Source: Azolla caroliniana (taxonomy: Eukaryota; Plantae; Polypodiophyta). From it: 64,000 nucleotides of DNA. A program made the position numbers and the translations under genes. Where the stretch lies: assembly GCA_043228905.1 (NCBI GenBank), contig JBHGNT010000021.1:9114001-9178000 (forward strand). The letters are read 5' to 3'. Position 1 is the first letter of the stretch. Each line of letters opens with the position of its first letter. The notes beneath the pieces are model-generated. The model ran no database searches. It saw nothing but the letters and a program-made list of their open reading frames with translations, and had not been told where the DNA came from. Below are positions 1-11,929 of this stretch, piece by piece.

Positions 1-3000
1 GGAGTCGAAGCGATGAGAACCGGCAAGGGAAGTCCATCGCGGAGTGCTGGTATTGTGGCAAGAAAGGCCACAGGGAAAGTGAGTGCTGGAAGAAGCACGC
101 CGATTCGGAGAGAACTGGTTCCGGGAACGGCTCCAGACATACCGACAAGGGAAATCAGCAACGATCGCACTACGCCGAAGACTCCGGGAGAGCCGGAGAA
201 GGGACTGCCTTCGTGACGAGACACGAAGCAAACTCAATGAAACAGACCACCCCGAGATCGGACGAGGTGTGGTACGTAGACTCCGGCGCGTCAAACCACA
301 TGACGATCCATAAGGAGTGGTTCTCGTACCTTGAAAAACCGATCCAACCTGGAGTAGTCGCAACTGGAGACGACACTCCGCATCCGATCACGGATGTCAG
401 AGAAGTTCCCCTTAGCCATGTCGGGCAGAAAGGGAAACTCATGAACGTGCTGCACGTCCCGACAATCACGAAAAACTTGGTCTCGGTCGGACAGATCGTC
501 GACCAAGGGATGGAGGCTCGGTTTACACACCTCGGGTGCTTCATTGAGGAAGAAGGCCGTGTGATTGCGCAAGGGCGCAGAGACGGGAGGATGTTCATCC
601 TCGACTCCACTGACGGCGGCATCGCAATGTTCACGAAGGGACAAAAGACCGAGTCGGACATCGACTTGTGGCACAAGCGGATAGGCCACGTCAACCACCA
701 ACGGCTTCAAGATCTGCAATCGAAACAGGTAGTATTCGGATTGCCCAAATTTAGTGGCCGAAAGGCACAAATTTGTGAAGTCTGCCAGCTCGGGAAGCAA
801 CACCGACTTCCTTTCCCAAACGAGCGAAACCGGAGCCGGAATAAGCTCGACCTTATACACTCCGATGTATGGGGGCCGGCACAAAACGTTAGTCTTGGCA
901 GGAGCCGATATCTCTTCTCCTTCATCGACGACCACACACGGCACACGTGGATCTACCTCATTGAGAGGAAGAGCAAAGTCTTCGACTGTTTCCGGGACCT
1001 CAAAGGGTTCGTGGAAAAGAAAGCGGGACGAAAGATCTAGTGCCTGTGGTAAAATGGCGGGAAAGAGTACTTTTCTGGTCAATTCAACAGTTATCTACAA
1101 CAAATGGGAATTCGGCACGAATTCAGCTGTAGATACACGCCGGAGCAGAACGGCGTGGTCGATTGTGGAAGCGGCACGGGCAATGCTGGAGGAGAAGAGC
1201 TTGCCCAAGTTCTACTGGGCCGAGGCAGTAAGGACCGCGGTATACATCCAGAACCAGATCGGAGACAAAGTGTCAGCGCACGAGCTATATTTCGGAACTA
1301 AGCCGAACTTGCGACACTTGAGGATGTTCGGTAGCATTGCGTATGTGCATGTACCGAAGAAGAAAAGGAGGAAGCTGGATGCAAAGGCCGAGAAATGCAT
1401 CTTGGTCGGTTACTCGGACGAGCAGAAGGGTTATAAGTGCTATAACCCTCGCACCAAACAAGTGCGTGTCAGCCGCGATGTTGTGTTTGACGAGTCCGCG
1501 TCCTGGTACCAGCCCCCGACTCCGAACCTCGAGTCCAATCCGAGCTCTGACGATGAGGTCAAAGAGGCCGAGATGCCTCCGGATGAGCCCGAAATCGAGA
1601 CCAGCGACGAGAGCCCGATTTCACTCCGGTTAAGTGGACCGATTGGACGACTGAGTCGGTACGACCAGTCCGATGAAGAGTCGGCGACTAGTGGAGACTC
1701 GGCCGTGCATTCCCCGCGTAGGAAGCCGAGGAGACGGCTTACGGGCAAAGAGAAAGGGAAGAAGAAGGTGTCGGATTCCGGCACGGATAGGAATGAGTCA
1801 GACCGACGCGAGTCCGACTCCGAGGGAACCGGTGACGGGTCTTTAAAGGTGAAGACCGCATCGACCGAGAAGGCCTCAACATCGGCTAATGTGAGATTAC
1901 GCCGATCTACCCGCCAGAAGAACCCTATTTTGCGGTTCGGATACAACGAGTACATGGCGCATCATTATGCGTACATGACCTGTGTAGCGGAAGTGCGTGA
2001 GCCGGAGAGCTACACAGAAGCGGCTAAAGACGCGAATTGGCGTGCCGCGATGGAGGAAGAGATGCATGCATTGGCGGAGAACGAGACCTGGGACCTGGTT
2101 GACGCACCAACAGGGGTAAAACCGATTGGGTGTAGGTGGGTGTATAAGGTCAAGTACAACACCGATGGCTCCGTTAACTGGTACAAGGCTCGACTAGTGG
2201 CAAAGGGCTACGTGTAGAAGCACGGCATCGACTACGATGAGACGTTTGCGCCGGTCGCGAAAATGACGACCGTCCGTGTTTTGCTCGCAGTAGCCGCGGC
2301 CAAGGGGTGGCACTTACATCAAATGGATGTAAAGAATGCGTTTCTACAAGGTGACCTTGAGGAACAGGTGTACATGGTACAGCCTCCCGGATTTCACTCC
2401 GGAACGAACTCCTCGGCAGTATGCCGACTGAAGAAGTCCCTTTACGGACTGAGGCAAGCCCCGCGTGCCTGGAACGCGAAGATCATCCAACAACTGCGTC
2501 GGATGGGCTTCGTCACGTCAAAATCGGACTCTTCCCTGTTCATCCGGAAAGGTCGACTCGGACCGGTTAGTATTCTACTATATGTTGATGACTTGGTCAT
2601 CGCCGGCGCCGACCTAAGTGAAATCGACCGCGTGAAGCTCCAGCTTGCGGCATCGTTCGACATGAAGGATCTAGGGGAGCTTCATTACTTCCTCGGGATC
2701 GAAGTGATCCGTACCCCCGAAGGCATATTGATCAGCCAACGACATTACGTGCTGAGTATACTCTTCAAATTCGGGATGGCCGACTGTAAGTCCGTCTCGA
2801 CTCCTCTGGACAGAACCGCCAAGCTTTGTCCCGATACGGGAAAGGTATGCGACCCGATGAGGTTCCGACAAATTGTCGGAAGCCTCATATACTTGACCAT
2901 CACCCAACCCGACCTCAGTTATCCAGTCGGAGTGATCAGTCAATTCATGGCGCGACCTACCGAGGAGCACCTTCAGTGTGCGCAATGCATACTTCGGTAT

Positions 3001-3816
3001 GTCAACAGCACTAAGGACCGGGGACTACTATATCGCACCGGTGCAGCCACGCAGTTAGTCGGCTACACCGATGCTGATTGGGCTGGCAACGCCGCCTATC
3101 GCTGATCCATGTCCGGATACGCGTTCTCCCTCGGAAGTGCCGCGATCGCATGGGGCAGTAAGAAGCAGCCGACAGTTACCCTATCGAGCACCGAAGTTGA
3201 GTACCAAGGAGCGGCTGTCGCGACATGCGAAGCCATATGGTTGAAGCGGCTACTTAAGGACCTGCAAGAGGAGGTGTCAGATCCGACGACGATCTACTGC
3301 GACAACCTCAGCAACATCCAGCTCGCGAAGAACCCCATTTTCCACACACGGACCAAGCACATTGAGGTGCATTACCATTTCGTCCGTGAGCGTGTCCTTT
3401 CCGATGAAGTCGAACTTCAGTACGTGCCGACGGATCGGTAGACTGCCGACATCTTCACAAAGCCTCTTGGTCTGGACAAGTTGCGGCAATTCTCCGCGGC
3501 GCTCGGATTGCGTCACCTCGACGTGCCAAACTTGAGGGGGAGAACAGTCCCGAACGACCAAGCAAGGCAACAAGAAAGGAGCGGAGACCGCGACACCACC
3601 GAGTCGGTTGACTCGTTTGTTGGGTTCGACTACTTCGGATCGGCTGAAGAAGCCGAGGGCGAACCCGCAGAAAAGTTCGGAAGAGGACCAAAGGGGAGCA
3701 GCCGAAGGAGAGAGCCGAAGCCAACCACGCATGGGGGAGATGACGCCATCGAGGGCGAGAAGACCGAAGACGAGTTGGAGACAGCCAACTCGGACGAGAG
3801 CGAAAACCGATCGTAG
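1..3816 (+). pseudogene. copia gag-pol polyprotein, disrupted
   Basis: ORF pieces 213-1040, 754-2217, 2263-3105, 3109-3441 and 3481-3816 are separated by in-frame stops (1038, 2215, 3103, 3439) and a deletion in integrase near 1155. Confidence 0.9.
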
Positions 3817-4071
3817 GTAGCCGAGTCAGTTCGGATGTTTGATGTAGACACGCTAAATCAACCGAGGCCCAAGCGGAAGAAAAGGCAACAGGGGAAGTGT
3901 CAACACCGCAACAGCAGAAGAGCTGATAAGGGCCGCATGAGCAGACAAGCCGACCGGAAGGGTCGAAGCGCGCGGAGTCGAACAGGACGAGGAGCACGAG
4001 CAAGGCGAGAAGCCAAGAGGAACCGGCGCTGTGAAGATCCCGAAGAGCCTCAAGTTGAGCTTGAGGGGGAG

Positions 4072-4459
4072 TTTTGAGAGACAAGCTCAACATCGGCCGG
4101 ATCGGCTGAAGAAGCCGAGGACCGGATCGGTTGGGACCGATCGGTTAGGCCGAGTGCGTAAATCGGGAGGTCGTTAGGAAAGATATTCCGTGAGGAATAT
4201 ATTTGGGAGTTAGTGTAGGAGCTCTTGATGAGCATTGAAGTACTGTCAGTACTTCGGTCAGTCCTTCTAGGACTTGTATAAAAGTGTTCACTGAGCACGA
4301 CTTATGTACAGATTGAGTATTATTGTTGAATATAGTTTTTTGTGTTTCTCTCTTTGTCTCTCCTGCGTATACCGTGTAAGCTCAAGCTCTCCATTAAACC
4401 TGAGTTTCCTCTCTTCTGTTCGGTCTTCATACTTGCTTCCGCACGCTACTTTCTACACA
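4072..4459 (+). repeat. 3' LTR of copia I1
   Basis: Starts T(T)TTGAGAG directly after the PPT (TG mutated to TT). Ends GCTTCCGCAC...CTACACA, after which gypsy pol sequence resumes. Confidence 0.8.
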
Positions 4460-4466
4460 TAGCATA

Positions 4467-6160
4467 ATGTTGCGTTACCTGGCCGAGTTCGTGACACCAT
4501 TACACGTGGTGGTACACCGGGTTCCGTTTCGTTGGTCGGAAAAAGAAGACAACGCATATCGCTCCCTTGAGGCAATACTCTCACACGCACCGGTGGTGCA
4601 ACTGCCGGATTCGTTGCAACTCTTCCACGTTTTCGTCGACGCATCGGTCGTGGCTATTGTGAGTGCCCTCATGCAAAAGACGCCTAAAAACTGGTATCAC
4701 CCAGTCTACTGTGCTAGCCGTTGGCTCTCGACATCCGAACAAAACTACTCCACAACAAAACAAGATGCCCTCGGCATGATCTACATCATCACAAAATTTT
4801 GGCATTATTTGCTCAACCAAAAGTTTACGTTCGATGTGGATTGCCCGGCGATACTCTATCTCGTCAATAAGCAGGCACTGACCGGTCAACTGGCCTGATG
4901 GATGTTGCTTCTCCAAAAATTTGAATTCGACGAGGGGTGCAACATGCCGGCTCGAATTGGGGAACCAGCCACAACGGAATATGATGAATTAACCAACGCC
5001 AACCTTTTCGGGTTAAACATGGCCACACCATCGGCCAATAGCGTGGACAACTGGATAAATGAGATGATACACTTCCTCAGCACCGGCCTCCCACTGGATA
5101 AATGAAAATTTGACCCTAGATGCCAAGAAATGGCTGGCAGTTCGGAAAATTTGGCAAACTGGGTTGTGGCGGCCCACAACCAAGAAGGATGCTCACGAAT
5201 TCTGCAAACAATGTGACTTATGTCAGCGAATGGGCCAACCCACCGAACAAGCCCATATGCCTCACCAACCGGTCCTTCCATTAGAACCTTTCCAGAAGTT
5301 GGGATTGGATTTCGTCAGTCCATTTAAACCAGTCGTGGCCTGAAATGGCAATAAGTAAATAATCATGGCTACTGACTATTGCATGAAATGGGTCGAAGCA
5401 AAGGCACCACGCGACAACACGACCATATCTACCACCAAGTTTGTGTATGAATATCTATGGTATCAATTTGGCTATCCAATCGAGCTAGTAACTGACCAAG
5501 GAGGTCACTTTCTCAATCGTCTGGTCTGCAATCTTACCACCCATTACACAGTCGTACATAAGAAAAGCACACCTTACTACCCTAAAGCAAACGGGTTGGC
5601 TAAGTTAACGAACAAGACCTTCCAAAACATCCTCAAGAAAATCATGAACGAGAATCGAAGTGATTGGGATGATAAACTGCACAGTGCATTGTGGGCATAT
5701 CAGACAACATTCAAAACAAGTATTTGATCTACTCCCTTTCGAATGGCTTCCAGGTTGGAAGCAGTTATGCCCATCAAGTTTCAAGTGCCGAGTTTACGTG
5801 TTCAAATAACCACACAACTTTCCGAGTCCGAGTTCAAACAAAAATGGCTCGTACAGTTACTTGAGCTCGGGGAAGATCGTATTACTAGTCTCACACAATT
5901 GGAACATGGGTAGCGGCAAAGGAAAGCTTTCATGGATCGACATCGTCAAGGATCCAAAAAATGATTCGAGATCGGGAAACTGGTCCTCGTGTTCCAAACT
6001 CGGCTCGGTTCAATGCCGGGGAAACTTTGTTTCCCGTCGACAAGACCTTTCTAGATTATCGATGAATTCAATGGTACATTCCAACTCGGCACTTTAGCAT
6101 GGGAAGTCTTGCAAGTGTGGGTTAATAGATTTCGACTAAAGCCATACCTAGGCCCGACGC
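4467..6160 (+). pseudogene. gypsy RNase H-integrase remnant
   Basis: ORF fragments 4467-4898, 4902-5105, 5110-5343 and 5365-5727 with many stops. Confidence 0.85.
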
Positions 6161-6613
6161 CAACCAACCAATCACTTCACCGATCACCAGCACCGCCGGG
6201 ACCAGTCTGTGGTAGGTAGAACAGAAGATTTTGTGGGCACCTCGCCACAATCATGGTAATTACCCTACCTATTGCCCGAAATTGTATACTATCATTATGA
6301 AGAAAAAAAAAGACCCACTAACTATTTAAAGAACATGCATGCCACACGACAAAAAGAAAGTACAAACGGTTCGTAGGATGCGTGGTCCTTACCTCCCACT
6401 ATGGTAGGGAAGATTCTGAATCAAGGGCACATACAAAAAGGGAGGCATCACAGGCGAAGCCCTCACTTCAACAGACACACTCAAAGTTCTCAAGCTCTCT
6501 CGCTTGTTGCTTAGATGCTCTCTCGCTCCCAAACCCCCTGCACAGAAGCTCTCTCTTGCTCTCCGTCTCCTTACTTCCATCACCATTCTTCCTCTCTTTC
6601 TCCCAAAACAACC

Positions 6614-9391
6614 ATGCCATCCGAAGTATCCAAGGAGCTCCGCGCCTGGTTAACTAGACATGGCTTAGGAGGTTACCTCCGCGTATTAGACACGGCTACC
6701 CATCCTGAGGCACAGGCAGTCACCCGAAGGGTGCATCCCGACACCATCACAAACAACCGGATCCAATCGGTGTTGGGACTACAACGAGGGGGACAACATG
6801 AAATCGAGGCTCCACCTCAACAGATCTTGGAACAACATTTTGGGGAGTAGTCAGCTTCCACGAAAGCCCATCGCACACATGGGGCGCCCAATGAGTTTTT
6901 CGGTAATCTGACCCATTTCATCCTAGAATTCGTCTATGTACATGCAAACACGTATAGCATGCCCAATAATAAGGCCGTCCTCATCATCACGGCATACCAT
7001 GACGACGCCATCGATTGGGGCATCATAACTAGGGAAGGAATTTGTGCCACAATATCGGCTTTTCAAACATGTAAACGATTCTTGACTACCTTAGCACATC
7101 ATTTAGCCATGGTTCACACCCTCGAAACCACAATAACATCCCGCAGACCCTTTGCTCTCCCTGCTCCAACCATCCAGGCGAAAAAGCAACGAACTATACA
7201 GCTAGCTCAAGAGGAATGGGATGATGACACACTTGTCCACACCCCTACCTCACCATGGCCGAAGCCCGAGCCAAAAACCCAGGACACCACAAACAACATC
7301 ACCATCCGAGGAAGCGAAAAACCAAAACCCTCTGCACCAATCGTATCTTCCCCACGGGCCTAGTCCGCACCCCGAACACCGAGACAACACACGGAAGACG
7401 GTCAATGGTACAGCAAACAAAGCGGCTTCATGATGAACTCGTGGCACAAAAGACGAGCCTCGTCAACAAGCGTTGCTAGCTCCATCGCCGTAGTGAAGAA
7501 CAAAATACCAAGCACTCCTCGGCTGAAGACAAGCAGCTAGTCATAGTGCCGAATAAGGCAGTCGTGGTAAGGGCATAATTCCCAATTTCCGGAGGAGGAA
7601 GTTACAACCTTCAAAGACTTATGTGCGAAATCTTAGGAGCTCGGCGCCATTTTGCAACACGGCACAACATATGAGCTCATAGACTTCCTGGTTTGCCTAA
7701 AGGTTGCAGCCACGTCTTGAATGGCTCAGGATCATGGCGAACAACAAATGATCGAGCGGGCATTAACCAACGACCTCAAATCGGACGAGGAGCCACACTT
7801 ACAAAAGATCGGCCGCAAACGCGTAATCAAAACTCGTCGTGCTCGGATCAAATTACCGGAACTCAACACGGCCTTGGTGGAGGTTTATCGTGAATTGGTG
7901 AAAGCAACCCGCACGGCCAAAGACATGGCTATCAGCAGCAAATAGACGCTCAAGCAAGAAAAACGTTCATAGAGTTATGGCAAGCTTCCGAGAACCGCCT
8001 GACCGAGCTTGAACAAAGGTTCCAAATAGTCGGCAACTCTACCCTTCTCACCCCACCATCCCCCATATCCAACCTTTTCTAGGCATCCACCCAAACAGAC
8101 CCAACCAATCCCCTCGAGCGGGTGGATATGTCCATCCAAACTGACGACACCACCAATGCGCTATCAGCCAACGACCAAACCCGTAACTATGAAGAGGAGC
8201 TCGTAGCCCAAACATCAATTGCGTACAAAGCCATGGAACAATATGAAAAGGCTAAAGCGAAGGCTGACCAACTAAAGGAGGAAGCAGAGAAGAGAGAATC
8301 CGAGCTCCAACAATTCCTCAATGACCGAACAACCTAGCTCTAGGCAATAGAACGGAAAGTCGTTGCGACTCTCAAAGCCGTGCAAGACCTTGCAGCAACA
8401 AAATTAGCCGATGCGGAGAAAGAGCAACAATGGCCATCTCGCCAACACTCCGACAAAAGGGACTCCTGGAGAAGTGAACTTTCGGAATTCAGTTCCTGTA
8501 GAAGTTAGTAGAAACTGAGCCACAGGGAGCGGCGTTGACGGAATCCCTTCACCAGCTACAAATCGCCACGACCCTCGAACTCGAACGACAACAAAACTGT
8601 TATAAGCAAGAATTAGCTGATAATTTGGATCAACTTCTCCAACGATACGACATACATACGTAGAGGCTGGAGGCCCAACTCGCGAACGTCACAGCATCAT
8701 GTGAGATCCTCAAGCCAAGTTCGAACTAGACGCGGTGAAAGCAGAAAACGACTTGAACATCATCTGAGCCAAATATGAAATGGGCAAAGATCAAATCAAA
8801 GCCATAGTGGCCAAACACAGAATGCAGCTGAATCAAAAGGTTGAGGAGGCTCTCACCCGAGGGTGGCAAGAATGGTAGGCACAGATAGCTAAATTACAGG
8901 TTTTTCGATCCCACGCCAAAAAACATAAAATAGAGGGTCGCGGATATTTTAAGATGGACGAAAGCAGCATCCAAATTCTCCAAGAAGACCTCACTGTCGA
9001 ATTGCAAGCCCTGGCAAGCACGCAAACCTCAACATTCAGGCACCTCCTTCAGGAATTCAACGACGTTAAGATGCTGTTAAGACTAGATTCGGAAGCCTAT
9101 GAACGAGAGCACCTCCTCACTGAGAAGGAAGACGAAGCCACCGCATAGGCATCCATGGCCAATGTAATCAAGGAAGCCGCACCGACACCAGAAGATGAAG
9201 AGGAACCACGGTTGCAAGTGGATGCACCAATAACCAAAGCACATCCGAATGCTACTCTTCCAGAAACTCAAGACCAACAACTGGATATATCAGCCGAGTC
9301 ACACACCAATGAGCTCATAGAAGAAGAGCCACTTCTAGCACCGATACAGCCACACCCCGAGGACATCCTCGTCACTTTGGGAGAAGAATGA
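6614..9391 (+). pseudogene. extra sense ORF of A1 downstream of integrase (~925 codons; globular N-terminus plus long coiled coil), disrupted
   Basis: Fragments 6515-6850, 6959-7363, 7721-7945, 8122-8337, 8954-9148 and 9155-9391 align by eye with A2 fragments at 52885-54467. Confidence 0.7.
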
Positions 9392-9459
9392 CAGTAACAT
9401 AGCTTGTTTTGTTTTCGATTGTTTTGCGAGTTTTGGGTTCGATGTGCGAAGGCACTGAC

Positions 9460-9530
9460 TGTCCCACGGGTGTGCCAGGTTTATCCATCGGACAAAAGGG
9501 ATGCAATGTGAAATGAATCTAAGGACACAA
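9460..9530 (+). repeat. first 71 bp of the A1 3' LTR, interrupted by element B
   Basis: TGTCCCACGGGTGTGCCAGGT...GTGAAATGAATCTAAGGA matches 33875-33945 and the reverse complement of 52475-52503. Confidence 0.75.
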
Positions 9531-10173
9531 TGTCGTGTTGTTACGCTCTCGCGTAGGAAATTAAGACGGGACCGTAAGGGCCCTGGACCGAGGAATACCT
9601 GAAATAGAGGGAGGAGCAAGGTGAAACAATGGGCCGAGACACACACACAAATACGCAGAGGACTCACAAATAAGGAATCGATTAAGACAACTAGGCGAAT
9701 ACAATGTTCTTCGAGATTACAACTAGCAAGTCTATGAGCGACCACGTGCAAACACCCACACACAGAGCGTGCCATGGAGCCTCTGCCGAAGTGCACGGGC
9801 TTCTCCCTCGAGCAAAGGCAACCAACCAAAACCTGTAGAGCTCAACGAAGACAAATGATAAGAGTGCTTGGTTCCTACTCCGACAGCACTTCGTCCTCCC
9901 AAAACGCGATAGATGTTTCAACCATCTCCGCTTTTCTTTTATAGGCCTCCGGGGAGGGCCGTCACATCCTGAATACATCATCTTTATTCTTTGTCCCTTT
10001 AGATAGAGATACGCATCGATTTCCTAGATAATAAATGTGTACTACCGAGTATATTTACATCAGCCAACCTATTCCTAATTATGTACATCTTATAAATACT
10101 TGTGCCCGCGCGTAAGGGTTGGTTCATGCGTCTTATTCATCGATTCCTCCTAAAGCCGGTTTTCTTCACGACA
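9531..10173 (-). repeat. 3' LTR of B
   Basis: TGTCGTG...CACGACA termini; direct repeat of 33187-33826. Confidence 0.9.
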
Positions 10174-10482
10174 TCCACCCCCACCAAACCGCGCATCCAC
10201 CGGTATGTGCTAAAGAGGGACAAACACCGGAGAAAACCGGCTCGCGGTCACCAGTCGCTCTCAGAACCGTCGTCCACTCCGGTCCAGTCGTTGCCGTCGC
10301 CCACGCTTACTGGGTCCGGTTCACCTTCATGCCGCTTCTTGAAGGCCTTGATTCTCTTCCCGGCAACCAGCACCGCTATCCGTGTCTTGTCGAGGTTCGC
10401 AAGATGGTAGGTGTCGTTGTCGTTCGCGCTCGTTACGGCATAAGGCCCGAACTACCTCCTCACAAACTTACGCACCACCTTG

Positions 10483-10836
10483 TGTCACGGATCATAAGCT
10501 CAAGAGACAAGCAAGAAGATAACCAAATGGACAAGAAAGAAGATAGTATTAAAGGAAAGACTCCATAACTGGTGTTGTTCACCTTGAATTCCTTCAAGGT
10601 GAACTCCTCTATTTATACTACATGGCATGCATACTTGTTGCACGCATGTGAATCTACAATAAAGCATGTAGGTATGCATGCATGTGCCAAGTGTAAATAC
10701 TACAAGGGAGCAACTATGCACATGATGCTAGAAAAATAATAAGGATCAATTACATACATAACTATGTACTAGATATCTTGGTTAACTCATAATACTAGAT
10801 TATAACTATGTCGTCTCAAGAGTTCGAATCTTGACA
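10483..10836. mobile_element. solo LTR (354 bp) in the B integrase
   Basis: TGTCA...TGACA termini; perfect 5-bp TSD CCTTG at 10478-10482 and 10837-10841. Confidence 0.85.
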
Positions 10837-11889
10837 CCTTGTGCTGGTTGTCGAGGCTGCTATCGTACACCAGCACCCAATCGCCTTCCTCGATCTTCTT
10901 TGGTCGTAGCCAGTGCGTTCGGTCGAACTGGCCTTTGTTCCTTTCCCTTGTCGCATGCAACTTCACCTTTGCCCGCTCCACGTCCTCTGGTATTCGCTCG
11001 AGCTGTCAAATTGTCTCTTCTCGATTCATCCCGTCTCTCCAGTTCACCGCCAACCACGAGGAGATTGTTCACTCTATCGGCATGATCGGCTTCTGCCCAT
11101 ACATCAGCTCTGTTGGCATGAACTCGGTTACCGAACTATGCGTAGTTCGGTCCGCCCACAATGCCTAAGGTAGGAGTCGCGGCTAATTGCCATCTTGTCC
11201 TTCACAAGCCCATACTAACGCCTTCACAATCGGCCTGTGCCCGCACTCTACCTTCCTGTTGCCGTGAAGAAAACCGTCCACAAGTGGAATCGGTGCACTG
11301 GAGCGTAGGAACCGGCTCTTCATACACGTACGCCTTATGTTGTACATAGAAGATCCTAAGTAGGTAGATTCGGTAGGTAGGAAGTTAATAGGAAACGGCT
11401 CCCTTCTTGCCTATAAAAGGAGGGAGACGAGGAGGAAGAGGGGATCGCGGAATCAGAGAGGACGAAGTGTTGTCGGGTTGTCGGTCGAAGGCTTCTATCT
11501 TCCATACGCTCCGTAGCTTCTTTCTGTGCAGGTTTCGGGAGGCTCGCGCTGCTCTGAGGAATGCCCGAGTGCTTCTGGCAGCACCTCCAACCTACTCCTT
11601 TCTTTCTGAGCATTTGCGAATAGGCATCGGCATCTGTTCGTTGGCCTATTCGGTTGTAACCAACTTCGTGCTTCTCGTTGTTTGTCTTTGTTAATATATA
11701 CTTACATACCTTTGTGCCTCTCTGTGTTGGTTTCCCCGCTCGCGTCTTCGTGTCGAAGGGCCGTGTCCCTGTGGATCTACGCTCGCACGTAGTGGGTCCC
11801 TTCCCTTCTCCTTTCCCTATTGCTCTTCGGTACAAGACCCCCGAGATCCCGCCTCATTCCACGCATCCGCGAGGAATACCCCGACATCT

Positions 11890-11907
11890 TGGTGAACCCG
11901 ACGTGAA
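11890..11907 (+). promoter_or_regulatory. primer binding site complementary to the tRNA-Trp 3' end (also at 17294-17311 + and ~33165-33182 -)
   Basis: The 18-mer TGGTGAACCCGACGTGAA matches the plant tRNA-Trp(CCA) 3' end ...TTCACGTCGGGTTCACCA, recalled from memory. Confidence 0.8.
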
Positions 11908-11929
11908 GGAGGCGGCAGAAGAGCAGAAG

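Larger units (their letters stand above)
1..4459 (+). mobile_element. Ty1/copia LTR retrotransposon 'I1' (5' end outside the window), inserted in the pol of gypsy A1
   Basis: Zinc knuckle CWYCGKKGH near 45-90, protease WYVDSGAS, LWHKRIGH/CEVC integrase zinc finger, HSDVWGP integrase core, RT LYVDDL, RNase H GYTDADWAG, in copia domain order. PPT GAGGGGGAG at 4063-4071. Confidence 0.95.
4460..9530 (+). mobile_element. Ty3/gypsy non-chromovirus-like element 'A1', 3' half (RNase H, integrase, extra ORF, start of 3' LTR)
   Basis: RNase H FHVFVDAS; integrase CKQCDLCQ, GLDFV, TDQGGHF, LHSALWAYQT. The LTR start TGTCCCAC at 9460 matches the A2 LTR start (52503, minus strand). Confidence 0.85.
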
